DNA from: Methanosuratincola petrocarbonis
GTDB lineage: Archaea > Thermoproteota > Methanomethylicia > Methanomethylicales > Methanomethylicaceae
Direction: 5' to 3'
Assembly (NCBI GenBank): GCA_030522375.1
Contig: CP130488.1
Location: forward strand, 1,335,929-1,399,928
Length of the DNA: 64,000 nt
The translations under genes were made by a program, and so were the position numbers. The notes under the pieces were generated by a model, which saw only the letters and a list, made by a program, of their open reading frames with translations, was not told the origin of the DNA and searched no databases. Positions 19,039 through 29,280 of the stretch are shown here, one piece after another. The first letter of the stretch is position 1. Each line of letters begins with the position of its first letter.

Positions 19039-20582
19039 TTCAGGGATTTCAGTACCAGATCCACATACCCGCTAACGTTGAGGAGGTCTTCTGCAGCAAG
19101 GTGACCGAATTCGAAGAGCAGGTTCGGCATTAGCCCCGTAACCACGATTATGCTGATCATTATCCCGATCGAGAGGGTTACGGGTAGCGATGGGTGGCAG
19201 TTTACTGCCCTCTTTTCCCCAGAGTAGATTATCGCCAGTAGTCGGATCTGTGCTATTGACTCGAATATAATCGAGACAGCCATGGGCAGGACCAGATAGG
19301 GATAGGCGCCACCAGCGCTCAGGACCGAAAGCAGCAGGAGTAGCTTGCTCCAGAACATGCTCAAGGGCGGGAACCCAATGGCAGCCAGCGTCCCTAGGGT
19401 GTAGAGGAAGGAAGTACCCGGCAGGGCCTTGGAAATTCCGCGAAGGGCCCCGATCTCCCTCGACCCAGCGGCATGGATGAAGACGCCGGCGATCATGAAG
19501 AGGGAGGCCTTTACGAAGGCGTGGTTTATTATGTGGAGGTAGGCTGCCGAGACGCCCAACGATGTACCAACCCCAAGACCTATGGTTATGAGACCGAGGT
19601 TGGTTATCGTGGAATAGGCAATCAGCCGCTTTATGTCAGACTGGACGAGCATGAAGGCTGCCCCGACAAGGGAGGAAGCGACCCCGAGGATGACTAGCAG
19701 TTGGAGACCGACCGCACCTCCCGGGTGCGAACCGGCTGCAAAACCGTCGTATAGTATTCTTGCGAGCACTGCTATGTTGACCTGTACCAAGAGACCGGAG
19801 AGGATTGCGCTTATCGAGCTGGGGGCCATGCTGTGGGCATCCGGTAGCCAGAAGTGCTGTGGGACGATGGCGGCGCCTATCGCGAAGGACCAGACGATCA
19901 GCGCAACGATCACTGGCAACGCGGACGGGTCAGCAAACATCCCCCCCGAGAATGGCGACACATAACCTCCAAGCTTCGCAGATATCTCGGCGATCGTCAT
20001 GCTCCCGAACATCCCGAATATCATTGCGGTGGAGAGGTAGTATATCGTAATTGCGAGTATGTCGTATATCCCGTACTTTATCCCCGCCTCCACGGAAGCC
20101 TTTACCTCCTTTCTGAACGGGACAAGGAGGATCGCGGAGAGCCCCATCAGCTCGAGCATGACGAATATGTGGAACATGTCACCTGTGAATAGCAGCCCGT
20201 ACATACCGGCCTGCATCAGGAACCTGAGCGAGTAGTACCACTTTACGTCCCTGTCTCTCTCAAGGTACCGCACAGAGTAGACCATGGTCGCAAAGAATAC
20301 CACGGAGACCACTAGCGAAAGCGGCGCTGAAAAACGGTCTATAATGTAAGGGATCCCCACAGGGGGAGGCCACCCTCCCATGTAGTAGACGTAAGGACCC
20401 TCCAGCAAGTAGACGTTGATTAGGGCGAGCGAGGAGAGAAGTATCGTGGTCGCAGTTATGGCACCGGATAACAGCTCGACTGCGCGCCTCCCCATTAGCA
20501 TGCCAAGTAGCACACATAGGAATGAGCCCAGCAGGGAGAGCAGCATTGCTAGGATCGGCGCTTGGATCAGCAAGGGGTTCAT
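19023..20582 (-). CDS. mrpD: Mrp/Mbh antiporter subunit D (MrpD/MbhH-like)
   Basis: GGWPPPVGI, FVMLE, HFWLPDAH, DIKRLIAYS, NHAFVKASLF. Confidence 0.85.
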   Translation of the reverse strand: MNPLLIQAPILAMLLSLLGSFLCVLLGMLMGRRAVELLSGAITATTILLSSLALINVYLLEGPYVYYMGGWPPPVGIPYIIDRFSAPLSLVVSVVFFATMVYSVRYLERDRDVKWYYSLRFLMQAGMYGLLFTGDMFHIFVMLELMGLSAILLVPFRKEVKASVEAGIKYGIYDILAITIYYLSTAMIFGMFGSMTIAEISAKLGGYVSPFSGGMFADPSALPVIVALIVWSFAIGAAIVPQHFWLPDAHSMAPSSISAILSGLLVQVNIAVLARILYDGFAAGSHPGGAVGLQLLVILGVASSLVGAAFMLVQSDIKRLIAYSTITNLGLITIGLGVGTSLGVSAAYLHIINHAFVKASLFMIAGVFIHAAGSREIGALRGISKALPGTSFLYTLGTLAAIGFPPLSMFWSKLLLLLSVLSAGGAYPYLVLPMAVSIIFESIAQIRLLAIIYSGEKRAVNCHPSLPVTLSIGIMISIIVVTGLMPNLLFEFGHLAAEDLLNVSGYVDLVLKSLNYAAP

Positions 20583-20953
20583 CCTCTCAGCTCCCTGATC
20601 TTCTTTGTCTCGATAGTGCCGTAGTGCTTGTAGGTGTATATGATGAGGGCGGTGAGGGTTGCGACCTCAGCGAGCCCGATTACAACTGCGGTGACGACGA
20701 AGTAATGGGCCAGCGGATCGACGGCTATTGATGCGAATTCAGACGGGTCCATGCCCGGAGGGATTATGGGGGGGATCGCATTCCCCAGCCTATACCCTTG
20801 AATGATGAAGAGGAGGTTTACGGCGTCCGTCAAGAGGAAGATTGCAAGCATCTTCTTGAAGAGGTTGGACTTGAAGAGAGCAGCATAGATGCATATCGAA
20901 GCCATTATTGCGACCAAGATATAGGGCAACTGACCGGTAGTTGCGAACATCAA
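20579..20953 (-). CDS. mrpC: Mrp subunit C
   Basis: NLFKK, VNLL, DPL...VVTAVVI. Confidence 0.85.
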   Translation of the reverse strand: MMFATTGQLPYILVAIMASICIYAALFKSNLFKKMLAIFLLTDAVNLLFIIQGYRLGNAIPPIIPPGMDPSEFASIAVDPLAHYFVVTAVVIGLAEVATLTALIIYTYKHYGTIETKKIRELRG

Positions 20954-21726
20954 TCATCAACCTCCTTCTCTTTCATTGTCAGAAGCAGGAACATAATTGT
21001 GAAGCCCATGCCTACGTGGACCATCTCGCCTAGCTGGATCGGGATTATCAGGCCCCCAGAGAGACTCGTAAGGCCAAGGAAAGCAGGGTAACCGAAGGGC
21101 GCCCAGGCCTTGGGAAGGTTCTGCAACGCATAAGCGACTGAGCCAGACGCCAAGGAATAGACCACGGGGACTATCGTCAGGCCTGCGATCAGTGCGAGCC
21201 CAGCGATCTTGGCGACGTGTGCCTTCTCCACGTCTATGCTCATCTCGGGTAGGAAGCCCCTAGAGAGGGATACGATTATGGCGATGTAAGCTATTGCCAT
21301 TATGGATCCTCCCTGGAATCCGCCCCCAGGGGTCTTTATGCTGAAGATCGTTATCGCAAATGCAGAGGTAATAATGAAAACAAAAACCAGCCGCGCAGTC
21401 GATCTTACTATAACGGTCATACCGCCCGTTTTCCTCAGCTTCGCATGCCCTTCAAAGAACATCGCAACGGCAGCAATCCCCACGTAGAAGACCATCGTCT
21501 CGTATAGCGTGTCGTACCCGCGGTAGTCCCAGAGCAGCCCGGTCACAGCGTTTGGAGAGGCGGACCACCAGTTCTGGTTCTCAAAGTTGTAAGTGTTGAG
21601 CAGGTAAAACTCCCCCAGTGGTCTCACGAAGCCAATTTCTGGGTAACCCAAGAAGGCATAGGTCAGGATCGAACTCATCAAAACAATGAACAAGACCCCT
21701 AAGGCTGACGCTCCCCAGCCTTTCAT
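20950..21726 (-). CDS. mrpB: Mrp subunit B (MbhE/F-like fused)
   Basis: NAVT..LWDYRGYDTLYE and PGGGFQGG. Confidence 0.85.
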   Translation of the reverse strand: MKGWGASALGVLFIVLMSSILTYAFLGYPEIGFVRPLGEFYLLNTYNFENQNWWSASPNAVTGLLWDYRGYDTLYETMVFYVGIAAVAMFFEGHAKLRKTGGMTVIVRSTARLVFVFIITSAFAITIFSIKTPGGGFQGGSIMAIAYIAIIVSLSRGFLPEMSIDVEKAHVAKIAGLALIAGLTIVPVVYSLASGSVAYALQNLPKAWAPFGYPAFLGLTSLSGGLIIPIQLGEMVHVGMGFTIMFLLLTMKEKEVDD

Positions 21727-21974
21727 TCCTCTCTCCTCCCTATCTTTCGCAGACCGACGATGAAGAATGCGGTGGATATCCCTACGCCAGCAGCCACCTG
21801 GACGAGAGCGATGTCTGGGGCAAGTAGAAGGTAGAACAAAGTAGCCACGAGGACGCCTTCGGCGCCAGTCAAGACTATTGCCAGGAGGAGGTCTTTGGTG
21901 TAGACAATGGCAGCTGTGAGGACGACGCAGAAAGCTAGCAGCAGGTCTATGACCAGTTCAATCATCTCGATCAT
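21723..21974 (-). CDS. MbhD/DUF4040-like Mrp subunit
   Basis: LLAPDIALVQ motif, 3 TMs. Confidence 0.8.
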   Translation of the reverse strand: MIEMIELVIDLLLAFCVVLTAAIVYTKDLLLAIVLTGAEGVLVATLFYLLLAPDIALVQVAAGVGISTAFFIVGLRKIGRREE

Positions 21975-22324
21975 CTGCCATCTTCCTCCAAGTGGTCGTG
22001 CTCCAGGGGCTCACGGGGTATACGCATCCGGGCTGCGGCCCTGGCTATCGCGTGTGAGGACACCGGCGCGGTAAGGAAGATGAAGGCGGCTGTCCCCAGC
22101 GCGCCGAGTGATGTGACTATGCCGTCTTGACCGCGGATCCCGTATGACAGGAATGCCACGCCTATGAGTGGCACCACCGAGCCACCAATGACAGAGACTG
22201 TGACAGCATGTATCCTCACAAAATAGGATGGGAACCGGAGTAGCCCGATCGCGCCGATGATGCTGAGGGCTCCTCCGAGGACTACGAGAAAGGTTCCTAT
22301 CGCAAGAAAGATCTCAGTAACCAA
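21971..22324 (-). CDS. mrpG: Mrp subunit G
   Basis: GLLRFP...RIHA, FLTAPVSSHAIARAA; TTG start after GAAGGTG. Confidence 0.88.
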   Translation of the reverse strand: MVTEIFLAIGTFLVVLGGALSIIGAIGLLRFPSYFVRIHAVTVSVIGGSVVPLIGVAFLSYGIRGQDGIVTSLGALGTAAFIFLTAPVSSHAIARAAARMRIPREPLEHDHLEEDGR

Positions 22325-22583
22325 TTTGCTCACCTTCCATGTATCTCGCAACATAAAGCGCACCGATGAAGAACCAGAGCGCCAGGGAAAAACTGATCAC
22401 TATCAAGTAAGGGGATCCAGAGATCACTGCGATTATGCCCATCACCACCGTTAGTCCGTATGAGACCACATCCAAGGCAAGCATCCTGTCCGGGATCGTG
22501 GGTCCAACGACCATCCGGTACATTGACAGAGTTATCGATATTATGAACATGCCTAACGAGAAAACAAGGATCACGTCTATCAT
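22314..22583 (-). CDS. mrpF: Mrp subunit F
   Basis: GPTIPDRMLALD. Confidence 0.9.
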   Translation of the reverse strand: MIDVILVFSLGMFIISITLSMYRMVVGPTIPDRMLALDVVSYGLTVVMGIIAVISGSPYLIVISFSLALWFFIGALYVARYMEGEQIGY

Positions 22584-23071
22584 AGGAAACGCCTCACCAG
22601 CTCCTCAAACCCCTTGCTTATGTTATTGTAGCAGAAACCCTCCTCAACAGAAGGGGCGTTAATCCAGTGGACATAGTAGTACCCCTTTTTCTCATCCACA
22701 TCGACAACAACGGTCCCTGGGGTGTTGGTTATGGAGTTGCCAACCGCCGTCACTCCGTATTCAGTCTTCAGAGAATAAGGTACTCGAACTATCGATGGGT
22801 GCAGATCCATCGTGAACACCCTCTTGATCACGCCCCAGTGGGCAATGGGCTCATAGTAGAACCAATAGAATGCCAAATACCGAAGTGCGTTCAACCACCG
22901 CTTCGGGTCCAGGACTTTTTTCTCGTCCGAAACTATGAGGTTTCGGGTGATTATGCCGACTATCGCAGCAATTATCAGCCCGATTATCAGTTCGTCCGTG
23001 CCTAGACTGCCTACGAGAGAGACATATACCAAAAATGAGACAAAAGCAGTGAACAAAACCTTTACGAGCAC
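22580..23071 (-). CDS. mrpE: Mrp subunit E
   Basis: NSITNTPGT...YVHWI. Confidence 0.9.
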   Translation of the reverse strand: MLVKVLFTAFVSFLVYVSLVGSLGTDELIIGLIIAAIVGIITRNLIVSDEKKVLDPKRWLNALRYLAFYWFYYEPIAHWGVIKRVFTMDLHPSIVRVPYSLKTEYGVTAVGNSITNTPGTVVVDVDEKKGYYYVHWINAPSVEEGFCYNNISKGFEELVRRFL

Positions 23072-23075
23072 ATTC

Positions 23076-24515
23076 TCAGCCCCCCAGAGGAACCAAGACC
23101 AGCCAAGGAAGGAAGAAGAATACTAAGGAGAGGATCAGCATGGCAGCGATCGGAAATAGCATAGAGACCTCAGCCTTTTCCAGATTTAGATCCTTCCTGG
23201 CAGCCCCAAACATCGACTTGCGGATCGCCTCAGCCCCATAGGCGACGGTCAGAATCGATGAGAATGCCGCACCAGCCACTATTGCCAGATAAGCCGGATC
23301 TCCCGCGCCAAGAAAAGCCCCCGTGAAGATGATCAACTTGGAATTAAAGCCGGAAAAAGGGGGGAAGCCTGCAAGACCTAGGAAGCCGGAAGCCAGGAAG
23401 AACGCGGCCGCAGGGGTCTTTGCTGCAAGACCGCCCATCATGCTTATGCGCCTAATCCCGTGGAGTTGCATCATAAGTACGCCTGCGGTCATGAATAGAA
23501 CTGCCTTGAGGAACGCATGGGTCAGGTAGTGGTAGACCACGCCAAAGGATCCGACATAAGTTATGGAGGCAATCCCCAAAAGCATGTAACCCATATGACT
23601 TATGCTGGAGTATGCCAAAAGCCTTTTTATGTCATCCTCGCTAAGCGCAACTAGCCCCCCATATACAATCGTCACCAGCGCCCACAAGGCAATCCAGAGC
23701 GAGAGGTTGGACACCGCGGGCAATGCCATCCTCAAGATGCCGTATGCACCTATGCCTATTGTGACAGGGCTCAGTAGGGCGCTTATCGGGGTTGGAGCCT
23801 CGCCGTGCGCCAAGGGCAGCCATGTGTGGAGCCCGAATGCGGCCATTTTGACGCAGAAACCAATCAGGAGGAGGTAGGAGGCGACCGAGAGATCCTGAAA
23901 GGATGCGATCGATATGCTGCCGCTCTCCATATAATGGAAAACAAAGCCGATTAGGACGAGCATACCACTTATGTGGGTCCAAATGAAATACACAAGAGCG
24001 ACACGCTCTTTGTCCCCGTAGCCGAACATGTGTATCAGCAGCCAAGTGCTGATAAGTATGAGTTCATAGAATATGTAGAACTGGACAACGTTGGTCGAAA
24101 TGACTGTACCTATCATCCCCAGATAGAAGACCAAGTAGACAGCATAGAACCTTGAAAAAGCCCTCTTCCTCTCCTGTCCTTCGAGACCCAGTTCAGAGAT
24201 CCTGTGATCCATGTACTTAACGGAGTACAGGCAGACGGCTGCCGAGACGGAAGAGATCGAAAGCGCATAGATCAGGCTTATGCCGTCGATTGAGAGGTTG
24301 AAATTTATGTCCAGTCCGAGGTAGTTTATCCAGCCGATCTCAGAGACCGCCCTCTCGCCTGTTAGCAACGACGGGTACAGCAAGACTGTTTGGATGGCAC
24401 CAGCCAGGGGGGCGATCGCAGCGAAATAACCAACCTTTTCGTTGAAGCGCGACCCTACTGAGTAGATCACTGGGATCAAGAGCAGCGGAACGAGAACAAA
24501 ATAAAAAAGGCTCAT
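23076..24515 (-). CDS. NuoM-like antiporter subunit
   Basis: FYIFYE, VKMAAFGLHTWLPLAHGEAPTPISALLS, DIKRLLAYSSISHMG. Confidence 0.85.
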   Translation of the reverse strand: MSLFYFVLVPLLLIPVIYSVGSRFNEKVGYFAAIAPLAGAIQTVLLYPSLLTGERAVSEIGWINYLGLDINFNLSIDGISLIYALSISSVSAAVCLYSVKYMDHRISELGLEGQERKRAFSRFYAVYLVFYLGMIGTVISTNVVQFYIFYELILISTWLLIHMFGYGDKERVALVYFIWTHISGMLVLIGFVFHYMESGSISIASFQDLSVASYLLLIGFCVKMAAFGLHTWLPLAHGEAPTPISALLSPVTIGIGAYGILRMALPAVSNLSLWIALWALVTIVYGGLVALSEDDIKRLLAYSSISHMGYMLLGIASITYVGSFGVVYHYLTHAFLKAVLFMTAGVLMMQLHGIRRISMMGGLAAKTPAAAFFLASGFLGLAGFPPFSGFNSKLIIFTGAFLGAGDPAYLAIVAGAAFSSILTVAYGAEAIRKSMFGAARKDLNLEKAEVSMLFPIAAMLILSLVFFFLPWLVLVPLGG

Positions 24516-26437
24516 GTCGAGCTCACCAGCAGCAGAAATCCGATCAAGAGGAGCAGGAGCGCGCCAGCTATGCTTAGGTATCGGTTCAGGTCTCCCGAGT
24601 GTACGCGGCTCAGCTGCCTAGCAGAGTCTAAGGTAGTACGTGCAAGTGCTTGGCTGGATCTGTCTAGAAAGCCCTCGAAAGAGTAAGCGCTTCTCGAGAC
24701 CTTTTTGATGGTCCCGCTTAATGCAGAATACAGGCGGTCGACCGGGCGCTTCATCAGGACATGCCTCAGACCAGCGATTATTTTAGGACGCTCAATCCCA
24801 CTTCGCAGCTTCCTGAAGTAAATCATATAAGCAGTGCCTAGACCTGCCAGGAGGGCGAAAGCGCTCAGGAGGAGCGCGGCATCTCCGCCCGAATTGTGAG
24901 ATTCCACCAGGTCCAGAGCGTGAGACAAGGATTCGCTTATTGAGTGTTCTATCGACTGACCGAAGAACCCTAGGAACAACGTCAGCCCAGAAAGCAGCAG
25001 GGCCGGCGCAACCAGGAGCCGTGCCTCTTTGGCATGCACCTCCCTCCTCGCTGGAGCCACGAAAGTGTACCATAGCAAACGAACAGAGTAGAAGCAGGTC
25101 ATCGCAGACGACACGGCAAGAAGAATGGCGGCTATGGCATTAACAGGATACACCGCCGCCAAGATTGCATCCTTGCTCCAAAAACCCATTAGAGGTGGGA
25201 GGGCGCATAGGCTCAGGGCGGAGATCAACATGGCCACAAAAGTCTTTGGTGCCTTTTTCATCAGGGAACCCATCTCTGTTATGTAGATCGTGTGCGAGAT
25301 GTGTATAGCAGAGCCTGCGCCGAGGAATAGCGAGGCTTTGAAGATCGAATGTGAGAATATGTGGAAGATGGCAGCAGACAGCCCGAGGAGGGGGTTCCCC
25401 GAGATCCCTGCTATCCCTAGTGCCACAAACATGAAACCGAGCTGAGATATTGTTGAATATGCGAGGACTTTCTTCATCTCATATGCAAACATCCCGTACA
25501 AGGATCCGAGCAGGGCTGTCAGTAGTCCTGCAGTGGCAGTCACGAGGAAGAAGGAAGTTGACGCGAGGGGGCTAATGAGCGATAGTGAGTAAAATATAGG
25601 AGAAAGCCTAGCCACAAGATACACCCCCGCCTTTACCATTGTCGCAGAGTGCAACAATGCGCTGACAGGGGTAGGTCCAGACATCGCCTCGGGAAGCCAC
25701 TCATTAAAAGGAAATTGGGCGGACTTGCCCAGAGGCCCCATGACAAGTAGGAGTGAAGCGGCCAGAATGTAAGATGGGTCGACGGCCTTTGTCGATGCAA
25801 TTGTTTGAATCTCCAGATAGTCAAAGGTCCCGTACACCGAAAAGATCATCATAATGCCCACGAGCATCAGCGAATCTGCCACCCCAGTCGTGAGCAGAGC
25901 CTTCTCCCCGCAGATGGAAGGCCTCTCGAAGGGGGCAACCCCCTCTGGACCGCCTAGCCACCGCTCTTTCTGATCCCTGTAGTAGTGACCGATCAGGAAG
26001 TAGCTGCTCAAGCCCACCCCCTCCCAGCCCAAGAAGCTCATTATGAAGTTATCTGCAAAGACGAGCAGGAGCATGCTCGACTCGAAGCACGACATCAAAA
26101 GCCAGAAACGTGACTGCCCCTCTTCACTTCGCATGTATTCGATCGAGTATATGAATACTGCAAGTGAAATGAAAGAGACGATTGCGCCCATCAGCGCACT
26201 GATCGGATCAATTATCAGTCCGAAACTGACCTTGGCACCCGGGATCCCCCACCACTCGAAGCCGCTCACATGCTCAGCTGTGCCTGCAAGGGCTGGCAAT
26301 GCAAATGACGCTATAGCCAGGAATGAGATGGTCGAGGACAAGGCAACTGCGTAGCCGGACCGCCTTCCAAAGAAGAAGCAAAGCGTGCCAACAGCGCAAG
26401 GCAGTACAATAGAGACCCACAAAAGCGGCTGTTCCAT
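24512..26437 (-). CDS. NuoL/MrpA-like antiporter subunit
   Basis: GWEGVGLSSY, KSAQFPF..WLP.AM.GPTPVSALLHSATMVKAG, C-terminal lateral helix + SGDL..Y TM. Confidence 0.88.
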   Translation of the reverse strand: MEQPLLWVSIVLPCAVGTLCFFFGRRSGYAVALSSTISFLAIASFALPALAGTAEHVSGFEWWGIPGAKVSFGLIIDPISALMGAIVSFISLAVFIYSIEYMRSEEGQSRFWLLMSCFESSMLLLVFADNFIMSFLGWEGVGLSSYFLIGHYYRDQKERWLGGPEGVAPFERPSICGEKALLTTGVADSLMLVGIMMIFSVYGTFDYLEIQTIASTKAVDPSYILAASLLLVMGPLGKSAQFPFNEWLPEAMSGPTPVSALLHSATMVKAGVYLVARLSPIFYSLSLISPLASTSFFLVTATAGLLTALLGSLYGMFAYEMKKVLAYSTISQLGFMFVALGIAGISGNPLLGLSAAIFHIFSHSIFKASLFLGAGSAIHISHTIYITEMGSLMKKAPKTFVAMLISALSLCALPPLMGFWSKDAILAAVYPVNAIAAILLAVSSAMTCFYSVRLLWYTFVAPARREVHAKEARLLVAPALLLSGLTLFLGFFGQSIEHSISESLSHALDLVESHNSGGDAALLLSAFALLAGLGTAYMIYFRKLRSGIERPKIIAGLRHVLMKRPVDRLYSALSGTIKKVSRSAYSFEGFLDRSSQALARTTLDSARQLSRVHSGDLNRYLSIAGALLLLLIGFLLLVSST

Positions 26438-26773
26438 CTGGACCACTTTCCTGTTTTCATGAACAGTCGAGGGAAGGAGTATGGAGTACAATTTGTTCAA
26501 TGACACAAATAAGAACTATCGTCGATAGGAGAGTTCGGGGCACAACATGTGTCATTTGGAACGCAAGAGTAAGTATTTTTAAGCCTCCCTTGAATACGAA
26601 GTTTCTTCTTATTTTTTTTGCAGATATAAAGTTTTTCATTATTTAATTTTAATTAACTAATTATATAAAATACTTATTTCCTTTCAAAATGAAAAAGGGG
26701 AGGGCTGGAGGGGGGCATACAACTCTGTTTAATGTATTTATACCACGGCAGGCAATAGAATTCAGGGATAGGG

Positions 26774-27061
26774 ATGGGTAAAGAGATAGAGTCCAAGGTA
26801 ATTGATGCCCTCAAGAACGTCATGGATCCAGAGACGGGCATGAGCATGGTGGACATGCAACTCATCGACAATGTTGAGGAGGCAGACGGCGTGGTAAAGC
26901 TTGAGTTTATCCCCTCCAGCCCAATGTGTCCAATAGCATTCTACCTTGCACAGGAGATAAAGAAAGCAGTTTTGGGTGTCCCTGGCGTCAAGAAGGCAAC
27001 GATAAGGTGCAAAGGGCACATAATGGAGGAGCAGATAAACAAATCCGTCAACGAGGAATAG
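26774..27061 (+). CDS. DUF59/SufT (MIP18-like) Fe-S maturation protein
   Basis: ALKNVMDPE.GMSMVDM.LI, SPMCP. Confidence 0.85.
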   Translation: MGKEIESKVIDALKNVMDPETGMSMVDMQLIDNVEEADGVVKLEFIPSSPMCPIAFYLAQEIKKAVLGVPGVKKATIRCKGHIMEEQINKSVNEE

Positions 27062-27066
27062 GGATA

Positions 27067-27345
27067 ATGGGTAATGCGGTCTGCGTCAGACTTTTTGCCA
27101 GCCTGAGAGAGAGAGCTGGAAGTGACAGGACGATCCTTGAGTTCGATAAAAGACCAAGCATCCAAGAGGTCTTGGAAAGGATCTTGGTCGAGATCCCTAG
27201 CCTTGAGGGGGCAGTTTTCAAGAATGGAAGGTTCGATGAGAGATACAAGATTATGTCTGGAAAGGAATTCGTGCCCCCTGCGGAATTCGGAAAAAGGCTT
27301 GCCGACGAGACGCTGGCGATCTTGCCGCCGGTCAGCGGCGGATGA
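27067..27345 (+). CDS. MoaD/SAMP-like ubiquitin-fold sulfur carrier
   Basis: VRLFASLRERAG...AILPPVSGG, C-terminal diglycine. Confidence 0.9.
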   Translation: MGNAVCVRLFASLRERAGSDRTILEFDKRPSIQEVLERILVEIPSLEGAVFKNGRFDERYKIMSGKEFVPPAEFGKRLADETLAILPPVSGG

Positions 27346-28588
27346 TTTTCCCTACAAGGCTGTACGGTGTACAACCAGTTATTTCCAGCGTGTGCCTCGA
27401 GCCCAGCCCCAGGTGTTCTGCCCCTTTCACAAGCACGGGCTTGTACTCGTCTGTCCTCGCGACAGCCCCAATACCTTTGCGTAAGGCGAGGGTCGTTGCC
27501 TCGACCTCCTTGCCCACCCATTTCTGGTTTCTCCTGATCTGGATTTCGATCTTTTTTTGGGCTAAGATTCTGCTGCGGATCTTTTTGACGCGCTCTGGGA
27601 CTTGCTCTTCCAATGCCGCGGGCGTGTGGGGGCGGGGGGTGAATCTAGAGATGTGGATCTTGTCCGGCGTTATCGATTCGAGCACTTCGCAGGTTTCTTT
27701 AAAGTCGGCTTCAGTTTCGCCAGGATAGCCGACTATTATGTCGGTCGCGAGGGTCATCTCGGGGAACCGGCTTCGCATGCACCTCACCGCCTCAAGGTAC
27801 ATGTCAACAGTATATTTCCTGTGCATAAGGGACAAAATCCGATCGCTGCCACTCTGCAAGGGCATGTGTGCAAACTTGTAGATTTTTTTGGAATCGTAGC
27901 AATCCAGGAGCTCGTCAAAAAAATTCCATACAGAAGATAGGTTAAACATGCCGACTCTGATCCTGAAGTCATAAGGCAGTGCGGCGATACGCCTCAGCAG
28001 TGCGGTCAAGGAATGCCCGAGATCCAATCCATAGGCTCCCGCGTCCTGGGCAGCAAGCCTTATCTCCAGCGCTCCGGAGGAGCCGGCAGATTCAACGATC
28101 CGGAGTACCTCCTCCGGAGGGGTGCTGAGAAGTGTTCCTCTAGCCAACCTGGCTATGCAGTACGAACATTCTCCGAGACACCCCCTCGAGATCGGGATCG
28201 TGTAAATCGCCCCCCTTGTATAGACTGCTGGGGAAGGGCACATACCTCCTTTTTTGACGGATATTACCCTCTCGTGCAGCGCTCGGAGCAAATCGTGCAG
28301 GTTGTTGAGCGTCACGATGGAGATCTCTGGAAAGGTACATCTGAGCAGCCCGGGTTGGACCGCAGCCATACACCCAGTCGCGACGATCCTCTTGCCCCTG
28401 ACCGATGAGATGTACTGCAAGACCTTGCCTTCAGTCTCTGCCCGGACGGTGCATGTATTGACGATGACGATGTCGGCAGCCTCCTCAGACTCTGCAATTC
28501 CGATCGAGCTGTCCTGAAGCAGTGCTTTGATAACCTCGGAATCTGCCCTGTTGAGCTCGCATCCGAATGTCTTTACGAAGGCACGCAA
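27332..28588 (-). CDS. mtaB: tRNA t6A37 methylthiotransferase (archaeal MtaB)
   Basis: TFGC..N..D, VNTCTV, GCLGECSYC radical SAM, C-terminal TRAM. Confidence 0.85.
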   Translation of the reverse strand: MRAFVKTFGCELNRADSEVIKALLQDSSIGIAESEEAADIVIVNTCTVRAETEGKVLQYISSVRGKRIVATGCMAAVQPGLLRCTFPEISIVTLNNLHDLLRALHERVISVKKGGMCPSPAVYTRGAIYTIPISRGCLGECSYCIARLARGTLLSTPPEEVLRIVESAGSSGALEIRLAAQDAGAYGLDLGHSLTALLRRIAALPYDFRIRVGMFNLSSVWNFFDELLDCYDSKKIYKFAHMPLQSGSDRILSLMHRKYTVDMYLEAVRCMRSRFPEMTLATDIIVGYPGETEADFKETCEVLESITPDKIHISRFTPRPHTPAALEEQVPERVKKIRSRILAQKKIEIQIRRNQKWVGKEVEATTLALRKGIGAVARTDEYKPVLVKGAEHLGLGSRHTLEITGCTPYSLVGKIIRR

Positions 28589-28605
28589 TCAGTATTCCCC
28601 GGTAG

Positions 28606-29268
28606 TCAACGGCCGATACGCCTGATAAGCCTGGTGCAGACTGTCTTGGCAGCAATCGCAGCAGAAGTGCGCTTGCCTGAGGGAGCGGTCTTTCCCAAGG
28701 AGATCGAGGATATCACTGATTCCATATCGCAAGAAGGCGAGTCTACAACAGTAAAAGCGTCTCCCACAGCGTCAGCCAGGTGGGCATCACTTCCGGCTAC
28801 CATCGGCAGCGAGTTCTTCAAGGCAAAGTCCTTGGCTCTGGAATTGTACCTGGTCAAAGTGGAGGCGTTAAGAACCTCTATAAGTGGGGAATAAGGAATC
28901 AGGGAGCTAGCCTCAGAAAATCCGATTCCATGGCTCAGAGGATCCATCGGGTGCGGGATAACCATCGTGGATCCGTCCTGGCGGGCGCATTCTGCGATGG
29001 CTCTCAGGGAGAGGTCCCCAAAATCCCGCTTGGGGTTCAGGATTATCAGGTGACCTGCAGGGGTGCTCAGCTCCACCCCAGGTATCACCAGGAGGCCGAA
29101 TTCCCTTGAGAGCTTCAGAGCATCAGAGTCCTTTAGGATCAGGTCGTGGTCGGTTATTGCAAAACCTTGCAGCCCCTTTCTTTTCGCAGTCTCTGCAATT
29201 TCCCTTATCGAGGAGCAGCCGTCAGGGGATCGGTCGGTGTGTACATGGAGGTCAATGTTCAGCAGCAA
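28606..29268 (-). CDS. PHP-domain phosphoesterase
   Basis: DLHVHT, AITDHD, PGVE, GSDAH. Confidence 0.88.
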   Translation of the reverse strand: MLLNIDLHVHTDRSPDGCSSIREIAETAKRKGLQGFAITDHDLILKDSDALKLSREFGLLVIPGVELSTPAGHLIILNPKRDFGDLSLRAIAECARQDGSTMVIPHPMDPLSHGIGFSEASSLIPYSPLIEVLNASTLTRYNSRAKDFALKNSLPMVAGSDAHLADAVGDAFTVVDSPSCDMESVISSISLGKTAPSGKRTSAAIAAKTVCTRLIRRIGR

Positions 29269-29280
29269 AGCTCATCCCTG

